DNA from: Elusimicrobiota bacterium
GTDB lineage: Bacteria > Elusimicrobiota > Elusimicrobia > UBA1565
DNA: 64,000 nucleotides
Assembly: GCA_043827405.1 (NCBI GenBank)
Contig: JBDRPD010000053.1
Coordinates: 20,826 to 84,825, forward strand
Reading direction: 5' to 3'
Positions 17,113-25,979 of this stretch are shown piece by piece. The first letter of the stretch is position 1, and each line of letters begins with the position of its first letter. Both the position numbers and the translations under genes were made by a program. The notes beneath the pieces are model-generated. The model did not search any database, was not told the origin of the DNA, and worked only from the letters and a program-made list of their open reading frames with translations.

Positions 17113-20100
17113 TCCGCCTGCTGGCCGCGCTGCTCGCGCTCGCCGTCTCGGCCGCGGCCGCCCCGCGGCCGCCGCTGCTCGCCACCTGGCGCGGCCTGAC
17201 CAACGACGTCTACGACGTTGCGTTCTCGCCGGACGGCCGCCGGGTGCTGTCCGCCAACAAGGACGGCACGCTGAAGCTGTGGGACGTCGCGACCGGCCGC
17301 GTCGTTGCCGCGTGGGAGGGGCACCGTTCGGAAGTCATCGCCGCCGCCTTCTCGCCGGACGGCCGCACCGCCGTCTCCGGCAGCGAAGACCGGACGTTGA
17401 AGTTATGGGACACAGCCACCGGCAAAGAGCTGGCGACTCTGGGCGCGCACGACGACTTCATCCTCAAAGTCGACATCTCGCGCGACGGAAAAACCGCCGC
17501 CTCGGTATCGTTTGACGGGCTCATCAAGCTGTGGGATCTGGACGCCCGCCGCGAAATCGCGGTCCTCGGCGGCAGCCGGACCGCCCGCGCCCTGGACGCC
17601 TCGTTCTCGCCGGACGGCGAGCGGATCATCGCGGCGCAGTGGGACAAGACGCTGCGGCTTTGGGACGTGAAGACGCGGCGCCTGCTGGCGACCTGGCGGG
17701 GGCACAAGAACCAGGTGCTGACGGCGGCGTTCTCGCCCGACGGCGGCAAGGTTATCTCGGGCAGCCGCGACAATACCCTGCGCGTCTGGAACGCCGCCGA
17801 CGGCCGGACGCTCGCCGTTCTGCGCGGACACCAAAGCCACGTGACCGCCGCCGCCTTCTGCCCGGACAGCCGCACCGCGCTCTCGGCGGGGATGGACTAC
17901 TCGGTACGCAAGTGGGACACCCGAACGGGCGCCGAGCTGGAAGTCTGGAGCGGGCACGACGACGCGGTCTACGCGCTCGCCGTCTCGGCGGACGGGCGGC
18001 TCGCCGTTTCGGCGGGGGAAGACGACACCCTGCGCCTATGGGACATCACGGGCGGCGCCGACGCCGCCGCCTTCACCGCCCCCGTCTACCCCGCCCCGGT
18101 CTACCGTCCGGCGCCGGGCGAAAGCGGCGAGGAGTGGCTCGGGCGCATGCTCTTTTTCGATGACCGGCTCACCGGCGACAACAACACGAACTGCGCCTGG
18201 TGCCATAATCCGCAGCAGGCCTTCACCGACGGCGGCGCCCTCTCCTCGGGCTACCCCGGCTTCTTTTTCCGCAACACGCCGACGCTCATCAACGCCGCGG
18301 GGCAGAAGCACCTGTACTGGGACGGCCGCTTTTCCGCCGACGACCTGCCCTCGCTCATCCGCGACCATATCTCCGAGGCGCACTTCATGAACGCCGACGG
18401 CCGTCTGATCGTGGAAAAGCTGCGCCAGGCGCCCGGCTACGTACAGGCCTTTCAGGAAGTCTACGGCGCCGAACCCGGCTACGGCCGGTTGCTCGATGCT
18501 CTTGCCGCCTTCGTCCGTTCCCTAAAGTCCGGGAAGTCGCCCTACGACCTGGACGCGCTGACGCCCGCCGCCCGGCGCGGCCGCGCGCTCTTCACCGGCG
18601 AGGGCGGCTGCGCGGACTGTCATAGCGGACCGCTCTTCACCGACGGGGAGTTCCATGACCGCGGGGTGCCGGAAAATCCCCTGATCTTCGGCGACTATCT
18701 GCGCCAGGTCTCCTTCCGGCGCTTTTTTAAAGCACTGGGAGTGAAGGGCTACCAGGACCTCAAACGCGATGTCGGGCTCTTCGCCGTCACCAAGCGGGAA
18801 GACGATCGCGGAAAGTTCCGCACCCCGAGCCTGCGCGAGGTCGCGCGCACCGCGCCCTACATGCACAACGGGATATTCCCGACGCTCGACGCGGCGGTCG
18901 CGCATGAAAACCCGAAGCTCACGCCGGAGGAGCGCGGCGACATCGCGGCGTTCCTGGAAGCGCTCAGCAGCGAGACGCGGACCGTCGAGGCGCCGCCGCT
19001 TCCGGCGTATGCGCTGCGTGAACCGCCCCGGCGGAAGGCCGCTGCTACCGGGCCGCGCGAACGGGCCGCGGCGCCCAGCGCGCCGCCGCCTCTGGCTCCG
19101 CTGCCGGCCGTGCCGGTGCCCGCCGATAATCCCTTGACCGCGGCCAAGATCGAGCTGGGCAAGATGCTGTTCTTCGACCCCCGCTTCTCGGGCAGCGGCG
19201 ACTCCGGCTGCGTCAGCTGCCATGAGCCGGCCACCGGCTGGGGCGACGCCAGCGCCCTGGCGCGGGGCTACGAAGGCACGCTGCACTGGCGCAACACCCA
19301 GAGCCTGCTCAACGCCGCCTATTACACCAAGCTCGAATGGGACGGCGCCTGGCCGAGCCTGGAGGAGCAGGCGCGCGGCGCCATCACCTCCAACCTCAAC
19401 GGCAACGGCGATCCCGAGATGATCGAAGAGACGCTGGCGCAGATTCCGCTCTATATCGACCTGTTCAAAAAGGCTTTCGGCGTCGACCGGCCGAACTTCG
19501 AGGGCGCGCTCAAAGCGCTGGCCTCGTTTCAACGCGCGGTTCCCATATCCCGCGACACGCCCTTGGACCGCAGCCTGCGGGGCGACAAGTCGGCGCTCTC
19601 CCGGGCGGCCCGGCGCGGACGGCGGCTGTTCGAAGGCAAGGCCGGCTGCCTGCGCTGCCATAACGGCGCGCTGGCCTCGGACCAAGGCTTCCATGCCACC
19701 GGCGTCCCCCAGAGCCCGGATTTCCGCATCACCCCGCTGCGCCAGGTGACCCTGCGCTACCAGCACGTCATCCGCGGCGTACCCGAGGAAGTCTACCGCG
19801 ACGCCGATACGGACCCGGGCCTCTATTTGACGACGCACCGGGAAGAGGATAGCGGCAAATTCAGGACGCCGAGCCTGCGCGAGCTCAAGCACACCGCGCC
19901 CTATATGCATAACGGCGCCTTCCGCACGCTCGAGGAAGTCGTAGAGTTCTACGACCAAGGCGGCGGCGCGACCCCCAACAAGAGCCCGCTGCTGCGGCCG
20001 CTCGGACTTTCTCCGCGCGAGAAGCGGGACCTCATCGCTTTCCTGCTGGCGCTCTCGGGCGAAGAAATAATCGTCGACCATCCCGAGAAGGTCGGCCCGT

Positions 20101-20126
20101 ATCATACCTCGGTGGAGGGCTATTGA
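17109..20126 (+). CDS. WD40 / tandem di-heme cytochrome c peroxidase fusion protein, paralog 3
   Basis: 1005 aa. ATGA overlap with paralog 2. Signal peptide, 7 WD40 repeats. CAWCH, CADCH, CVSCH, CLRCH and 2x PYMHNG. Confidence 0.9.
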   Translation: MIRLLAALLALAVSAAAAPRPPLLATWRGLTNDVYDVAFSPDGRRVLSANKDGTLKLWDVATGRVVAAWEGHRSEVIAAAFSPDGRTAVSGSEDRTLKLWDTATGKELATLGAHDDFILKVDISRDGKTAASVSFDGLIKLWDLDARREIAVLGGSRTARALDASFSPDGERIIAAQWDKTLRLWDVKTRRLLATWRGHKNQVLTAAFSPDGGKVISGSRDNTLRVWNAADGRTLAVLRGHQSHVTAAAFCPDSRTALSAGMDYSVRKWDTRTGAELEVWSGHDDAVYALAVSADGRLAVSAGEDDTLRLWDITGGADAAAFTAPVYPAPVYRPAPGESGEEWLGRMLFFDDRLTGDNNTNCAWCHNPQQAFTDGGALSSGYPGFFFRNTPTLINAAGQKHLYWDGRFSADDLPSLIRDHISEAHFMNADGRLIVEKLRQAPGYVQAFQEVYGAEPGYGRLLDALAAFVRSLKSGKSPYDLDALTPAARRGRALFTGEGGCADCHSGPLFTDGEFHDRGVPENPLIFGDYLRQVSFRRFFKALGVKGYQDLKRDVGLFAVTKREDDRGKFRTPSLREVARTAPYMHNGIFPTLDAAVAHENPKLTPEERGDIAAFLEALSSETRTVEAPPLPAYALREPPRRKAAATGPRERAAAPSAPPPLAPLPAVPVPADNPLTAAKIELGKMLFFDPRFSGSGDSGCVSCHEPATGWGDASALARGYEGTLHWRNTQSLLNAAYYTKLEWDGAWPSLEEQARGAITSNLNGNGDPEMIEETLAQIPLYIDLFKKAFGVDRPNFEGALKALASFQRAVPISRDTPLDRSLRGDKSALSRAARRGRRLFEGKAGCLRCHNGALASDQGFHATGVPQSPDFRITPLRQVTLRYQHVIRGVPEEVYRDADTDPGLYLTTHREEDSGKFRTPSLRELKHTAPYMHNGAFRTLEEVVEFYDQGGGATPNKSPLLRPLGLSPREKRDLIAFLLALSGEEIIVDHPEKVGPYHTSVEGY

Positions 20127-23005
20127 TGACGCGCGCGCTGGCCCTCGTTTTCCTGCTCGCGACGCCCGCCGCCGCTTCCCCCCTGCTCGCCACCTGGCGC
20201 GGCGGCGGCGGCGACACGCACGACGCCGTCTTCACCCCGGACGGGAGCAAGGTGCTGACGGCGTACGAGTTTCCCTTCCTGAAAATGTGGGACACGGCCA
20301 GCGGCGCGGAGCTCGCCGTCTGGAACGGCCACGCCGGACAGGTATTCGCCGTCGCCCTGACGCCGGATGGAAAGCGCGCCCTGTCCGGCAGCGAGGACGA
20401 GACGCTCAAGCTGTGGGACACCGCCAGCGGCCGGGTGCTCGCGACTTTGCGCGGACACCGCGACGAAATCAATTCGCTCGCCGTCGCTCCGGACGGCCGG
20501 ACGGCCGCCAGCGTCTCCTACGACGGCACGATAATCTTCTGGGACCTCGAAAAACAAACGCGGCTCGCCGTCCTGGCGGAGGACTCGGGCGCCTTGTCCT
20601 GCGCCTTCTCGCCGGACGGCAAGCGGCTCATCACCGGCCATTGGGACAAGACCCTGCGGCTCTGGGACGTCGCGGCTCGCCGGCCGGCCGCGCGCTGGCG
20701 GGGCCACCGCAGCCAGGTCCTGGCCGCGGTCTTCTCGCCGGACGGCTCGCAGGTTCTGTCGGGAAGCCGCGACAATACCGCGATACTGTGGGACGCGGCA
20801 TCCGGCCGGCCGCTGTCCGTCTGGCGCGGACATGACAGCCACGTAAACACCGTCGCTTTTTCGCCGGACGGGCGCACGGCGCTCACCGGCAGCTCCGATT
20901 ATACGATCCGCAAGTGGGAGGTGGAAACCGGACGCGAGCTGGCGGTATGGCAGGGGCATCAAGGCGCGGTGTTCCAGGTCGCGTTCTCGCCCAACGGCGC
21001 CTTGGCCGTTTCCACCGGAGAGGACGACACCGTCCGGGTCTGGGACGCCGACGGTTCGGCGCGCGGCTCGGTCAAAGACCCGCCGCGGCCGCGGCCGGAC
21101 AGTCCGGGCAAGGCTGGCGCCGCGGAGCTTGGGCGCGTACTCTTTTACGATACCCGGCTCACCGGCGACAACAGCCATAACTGCGCCTGGTGCCATGATC
21201 CGCGGCGCGCCTTCACCAACGGCAACGCGCTCTCTTTGGGCTATCCCGACACCCTGTACTTCCGCAACACGCCGACGCTGATCAACGCCGCGGAGCTGCG
21301 CAGCTTCTACTGGGACGGCCGCGCTCGCGGCGACGGCCTTGCAGCGGTTCTGCGCGAGCATATCGAGACGCATTTCATGAACGCCGACGGCCGCCTGATC
21401 GCGGAGAAGATCCGCCAGGCGCCCGCCTACGAACAGGCCTTCCGTGAGGTGTACGGCGCGGCGCCCGATTACGCGAATATCACGGCCGCGCTCGCGGCCT
21501 TTATCCGCACCCTCAAGTCCGCCGCCGCTGCGCCGCCGCCGTCCCCCGCCGCCCGGCGCGGACAAGAGCTCTTCAGCGGCCAGGGCGGCTGCGCGCGCTG
21601 CCACAGCGGCCCGCTTTTCACCGACGAGAAATTCCATGACCGCCGCGTGCCGAAAAATCCCGAGCTGCTCTCCGAACCCCTGCGCCGCGCTTCCCTGCGC
21701 CGCTTTTTCAAGGAGCTCGGTGTGCCGGACTTCGCGCGCCTGCGGGAGGACGTCGGACGCTATGCCGTTACCAAGGACCCGGGCGATCGCGGCCGCTTCC
21801 GGACGCCCTCCCTGCGGGAAGCGGCGCGCACGGCGCCCTATATGCACAACGGCATGTACAAGACGCTCGAGGAAGCCGTGGCGCATGAAAACTCCCGTCT
21901 CAGCGCGGCGGAGGTCGGCGACATCGCCGCGTTCCTGCGCTCGCTGTCGAGCCCGGCCGGCGAGTTCCCGCCGCCGCCGATTCCCGAGTACGAAGTGCGC
22001 GCCGAGCCGCCGCCCCGGCGCCGGCCGCTCGCGCCGCCGGCGGCGGGGACGTTCCCGCCCCTGGCGCCCCTCACGCCGGTCCCCATCCCCGGCGACAATC
22101 CGCCGACCCCGGAGAAGATCGAACTGGGCGCCCGGCTGTTTCATGACCCGCGCATATCCGGCAGCGGCGACATCCGCTGCGCCTCCTGCCACGAACCGGC
22201 GCTGGGCTGGGGCGACAACGGCGATCTGGCGCAGGGATTTTCCGGGACCCTGCACTGGCGCAATGCCCCGTCGCTCCTCAACGCCGCCCGCTACCGACGG
22301 CTCGGCTGGAACGCGACGGCCGCGGGGCTGGAAGAGCAGGTCCGCGAGATGCTCGCCTCGAACCTGACCATGAACGGCGCTCCGGCGATGATTGAGGAAA
22401 CCCTGACGCTTTCGCCCAGGTACACGCGGCTGTTCAAGCAGGCCTTCAACGTGGAGCGTCCGCACTTCCGCGGGGTTATCCTGGCGCTCTCTTCCTATCT
22501 GCGCACGGCGCCAGCGACGCGGGAAGCGCCGCTCGATGAATTCCTCAAAGGCGGCGCGGCAGCGCTATCCGCCGCGGCCGTCCGCGGCCGGGGCCTGTTC
22601 GCCGGCCAAGCCGGCTGTCTCCGCTGCCACAATGGACCGCTCGCCACGGATCAGGCGCTGCGGGCATCCGGCGTGCCGGAAAACCCCGCTTTCGACCGCA
22701 TCCCGTTGCGCCAGGTGGCCCGGCGTTATCAGCGCGCGCTGCGCGGCCTCAGCGACGAAGACCGCGAGACTTTCCGCACCCCGAGCCTGCGGGGGCTGAC
22801 ACATACGGCGCCCTACATGCACAACGGCGTATTTAAAACGCTGCGCGAAGTCGTGGAGTACTACGACCGCGAGGCGCGGCTCGGGCTGTCGCCGCGCGAC
22901 AAGCAGGACCTGATCGCTTTCCTGGAATCGCTCTCCGGCGCGGAGATCCCGGTCGAGCACCCTGGCGGAATCGGCCCGTATCATACTTTCCTGGAGGACC
23001 GCTGA
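20123..23005 (+). CDS. WD40 / tandem di-heme cytochrome c peroxidase fusion protein, paralog 4 (shortest, most divergent)
   Basis: 960 aa. ATGA overlap with paralog 3. CAWCH, CARCH, CASCH, CLRCH and 2x PYMHNG. Module 1 has a shortened LREHIETHFMNADGRL segment. Module 2 lacks about 30 residues present in the other paralogs (RYQRALRGLSDEDRETFRTPSLR). Confidence 0.85.
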   Translation: MMTRALALVFLLATPAAASPLLATWRGGGGDTHDAVFTPDGSKVLTAYEFPFLKMWDTASGAELAVWNGHAGQVFAVALTPDGKRALSGSEDETLKLWDTASGRVLATLRGHRDEINSLAVAPDGRTAASVSYDGTIIFWDLEKQTRLAVLAEDSGALSCAFSPDGKRLITGHWDKTLRLWDVAARRPAARWRGHRSQVLAAVFSPDGSQVLSGSRDNTAILWDAASGRPLSVWRGHDSHVNTVAFSPDGRTALTGSSDYTIRKWEVETGRELAVWQGHQGAVFQVAFSPNGALAVSTGEDDTVRVWDADGSARGSVKDPPRPRPDSPGKAGAAELGRVLFYDTRLTGDNSHNCAWCHDPRRAFTNGNALSLGYPDTLYFRNTPTLINAAELRSFYWDGRARGDGLAAVLREHIETHFMNADGRLIAEKIRQAPAYEQAFREVYGAAPDYANITAALAAFIRTLKSAAAAPPPSPAARRGQELFSGQGGCARCHSGPLFTDEKFHDRRVPKNPELLSEPLRRASLRRFFKELGVPDFARLREDVGRYAVTKDPGDRGRFRTPSLREAARTAPYMHNGMYKTLEEAVAHENSRLSAAEVGDIAAFLRSLSSPAGEFPPPPIPEYEVRAEPPPRRRPLAPPAAGTFPPLAPLTPVPIPGDNPPTPEKIELGARLFHDPRISGSGDIRCASCHEPALGWGDNGDLAQGFSGTLHWRNAPSLLNAARYRRLGWNATAAGLEEQVREMLASNLTMNGAPAMIEETLTLSPRYTRLFKQAFNVERPHFRGVILALSSYLRTAPATREAPLDEFLKGGAAALSAAAVRGRGLFAGQAGCLRCHNGPLATDQALRASGVPENPAFDRIPLRQVARRYQRALRGLSDEDRETFRTPSLRGLTHTAPYMHNGVFKTLREVVEYYDREARLGLSPRDKQDLIAFLESLSGAEIPVEHPGGIGPYHTFLEDR

Positions 23006-23012
23006 AAACCGC

Positions 23013-25979
23013 ATGAGGCTCGCCATTCTTCTCTCTTGCCTGCTGCCGGGGACCGCGGCGTGGGGCGCTTTGCTCGCGACCTGGGAAGGTCACACCGATG
23101 AGGTGGCCAGCGTCGCCTTTACCCCCGACGGCGGCCGGGCGCTGTCGGCCGGCGGCGACCAGACCATCCGGCTGTGGGATGTTGCGGCCGGCCGTACGCT
23201 CGCCGTCTGGCGCGGACATGCGGCGGACATCGGCGCCGTCGCGGTGACGCCGGACGGCAAGCGCGCGATCTCGGGCAGCGAGGACTCCGCGCTCAAGCTC
23301 TGGGATATCGCCTCGGGCCGCGAACTCGACGAGATCAAGGAGCATGGGCTGGAGCTGCGCACCGTTGTGCTGTCGCCGGACGGCCGGACCGCGGCGCTCA
23401 TCTCCCTCGACGGCGAGCTCAAGCTGTGGGATATCGAGAAGCGCCGCGAGCTCATCGCGCTCAACGGCGGGAAGACCGTGCGCGCGTTGTGCGCCGCCTT
23501 TTCTCCGGACGGACGGCGGCTGCTCACCGGGCAGTGGGACTACCATATCCGCCTATGGGATGTGCGCTCGGGAACGGAGCTGGCGCTCTGGCAGGGACAC
23601 GACAACCCGGTATTCGCTCTGGCGTTCATGCCGGACGGGACCCGCGCCGTATCCGGCAGCCGGGACAATACGCTGCGGCTGTGGGACGCCGGCAGCGGAC
23701 AGACGCTTGCCGTCTTCAAGGGGCACCGCAGCCACGTCCACGCCGTCGCCGTCTCGCCGGACGGGAAGACCGTGCTTTCCGGCGGGCGGGACCGCGTGCT
23801 GAGAAAGTGGGATGCGGCGACGGGCCGCGAGCTGGCCGCCTGGCGCGGACACCGCAGCACCATCCGCGCCATCGCCGTCTCGCCGGACGGCCGCCGCGCG
23901 ATTTCGGGCGGCGAGGACAAAACCGTCCGGCTGTGGGCGCTGGATGCGGATCCGGACGCCGGGCGAACGCCGGAGGCCCCGCGCTCCTTCAAGCTCCGGC
24001 TGAACTCCGAAGCGGACGCCCAAGCCGAACTCGGCCGGCTGCTGTTCTTCGACGAACGGCTCTCGGGCGACAACACCCTCAGCTGCGCCGCCTGCCACAT
24101 CCCCGAACGCGCCTTCGCCGACGGCGAGGCGCTGGCCGAAGGCTACACCGAGACGCTGTACTTTCGCAACACCCCCTCGCTCTTTAATATGGAAGGGCAG
24201 GCCCAGCTGTACTGGGACGGCCGCTTCGCGGCCGGAGACCTGCCCTCGCTGATGCGCGATCACATCTCGGAAGCCCACTTCATGAACGCGGACGGCCGGC
24301 TCATCGTAGAGAAGCTGCGCCAGGCGCCCGGCTACATCGACGCCTTCCAGCAGGTGTACGGCGGCGAACCCTCCTACAGCCGGATCCTCGAGGCGCTATC
24401 CGCCTTCGTCCGCACGCTGAAATCCGCCGCGGCGCCCTACGACCGGGACGAGCTTTCGCCCGCCGCCCGGCGCGGACGCGAGCTCTTCAACGGCAAGGGC
24501 GGCTGTGCGCAATGCCACAGCGGACCGCTCTTTACCGACGGGAAATTCCACGATCGCGGCGTCCCGGAGAATCCCGACATCTTTTCCCACCCCATGCGGC
24601 ATATCACCTTCCGCCGCTTCTTCAAGGTCTTCGGCATCGAGAACTACCCGCAGCTGCGCCGGGACCTGGGCCTCTTCGCCGTAACAAAAGCGCCCCGGGA
24701 CCGCGGGAAGTTCAAGACGCCGCCGCTGCGCGAGGTCGCACGTACCGCTCCCTACATGCACAACGGCATGCTCAAGACGCTCGATGACGCCGTAGCGCAT
24801 GAGAATCCCGAGCTGTCGCGCGGGGAGCGGCGAGACATCGTCGAGTTCCTTAAGGCCCTCACCAGCGACACCGGGGCGGTCGCGGTTCCCATTCTCCCTG
24901 ATTACGCCGTACGCAGCCGGACCCGGCCGCCGCCGCCGACCACCTACGCTCCGCGCCCGGAAAAGAAATCGTTTCCCCCGCTCGCCCCGCTGCCCCCCGT
25001 CCCCGTCCCCGCGGACAACCCCCTGACGCCGGATAAAGTCAAGCTGGGGACCCTGCTCTTTTTCGAAGCCGACGTCTCGGGAGACGGCGACACCTACTGC
25101 GGCTCCTGCCACGTCCCGCCGATGGGCTGGGGCGACAACAGCGACGTCGCCCAGGGCTATGCCGGCACGCTGCACTGGCGCAATACGCAGACCCTGCTCA
25201 ACGCCGCCTACTACAGCAAGCTGGAATGGAACGGCGCCTGGCCGAGCCTGGAGGAGCAGGCCCGCGGCGCCATCACCTCCAACATCAACGGCAACGGCGA
25301 CCCGCTGATGATCGAGGAGCGCCTGGCCCAGTCGCCGCTGTACGTCGCCTTGTTCAAAAAGGTATTCGGCGTGGACCGCCCCCACTTCGAGGGAGTGCTT
25401 AAGGCGCTGGCCGCCTTCCAGCGCGCGATCCCGATCTCGCGCAATGTCCCGTTCGACAATTACCTCAAAGGCGACCGGGAAGCCCTCTCCGCCGCGGCCC
25501 GGCGCGGACGCGAGCTGTTCGAGGGACGGGCCGGCTGCATCCAATGCCATAACGGCCCGCTCGCCTCGGACCAGGACTTCCACGCCACCGGCGTGCCCCG
25601 CAACCCCGTATTCGACGAGGTCCCCCTGCGCCAGGTCACCTTGCGCTACCAGTACGTCATCCACGGCGCTCCCGAGGAAGTCTACCGGAGCGCCGACTCG
25701 GACCCGGGCCTGTACTTGACGACGCACAAGGATGAAGATAGCGGCAAGTTCCGGACGCCGAGCCTGCGCGAGCTGAAATATACCGCTCCCTACATGCATA
25801 ACGGAGTATTCGCGACGCTGCGGGAGGTCGTGGCGTTCTATAATGAAGGCGGCGGGGAGACTCCCAACAAGAGCCCGCTGCTCAAACCCCTGCGGCTGAA
25901 ACCTGATGAAATGGAGGACCTGACCGCCTTTCTCGAAGCGCTCTCCGGCGACAAGATCGCGGTCCGGCCGTACGAATGA
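23013..25979 (+). CDS. WD40 / tandem di-heme cytochrome c peroxidase fusion protein, paralog 5
   Basis: 988 aa. 7-nt gap after paralog 4 with ggagga upstream. Signal peptide. CAACH, CAQCH, CGSCH, CIQCH and 2x PYMHNG. Confidence 0.9.
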   Translation: MRLAILLSCLLPGTAAWGALLATWEGHTDEVASVAFTPDGGRALSAGGDQTIRLWDVAAGRTLAVWRGHAADIGAVAVTPDGKRAISGSEDSALKLWDIASGRELDEIKEHGLELRTVVLSPDGRTAALISLDGELKLWDIEKRRELIALNGGKTVRALCAAFSPDGRRLLTGQWDYHIRLWDVRSGTELALWQGHDNPVFALAFMPDGTRAVSGSRDNTLRLWDAGSGQTLAVFKGHRSHVHAVAVSPDGKTVLSGGRDRVLRKWDAATGRELAAWRGHRSTIRAIAVSPDGRRAISGGEDKTVRLWALDADPDAGRTPEAPRSFKLRLNSEADAQAELGRLLFFDERLSGDNTLSCAACHIPERAFADGEALAEGYTETLYFRNTPSLFNMEGQAQLYWDGRFAAGDLPSLMRDHISEAHFMNADGRLIVEKLRQAPGYIDAFQQVYGGEPSYSRILEALSAFVRTLKSAAAPYDRDELSPAARRGRELFNGKGGCAQCHSGPLFTDGKFHDRGVPENPDIFSHPMRHITFRRFFKVFGIENYPQLRRDLGLFAVTKAPRDRGKFKTPPLREVARTAPYMHNGMLKTLDDAVAHENPELSRGERRDIVEFLKALTSDTGAVAVPILPDYAVRSRTRPPPPTTYAPRPEKKSFPPLAPLPPVPVPADNPLTPDKVKLGTLLFFEADVSGDGDTYCGSCHVPPMGWGDNSDVAQGYAGTLHWRNTQTLLNAAYYSKLEWNGAWPSLEEQARGAITSNINGNGDPLMIEERLAQSPLYVALFKKVFGVDRPHFEGVLKALAAFQRAIPISRNVPFDNYLKGDREALSAAARRGRELFEGRAGCIQCHNGPLASDQDFHATGVPRNPVFDEVPLRQVTLRYQYVIHGAPEEVYRSADSDPGLYLTTHKDEDSGKFRTPSLRELKYTAPYMHNGVFATLREVVAFYNEGGGETPNKSPLLKPLRLKPDEMEDLTAFLEALSGDKIAVRPYE

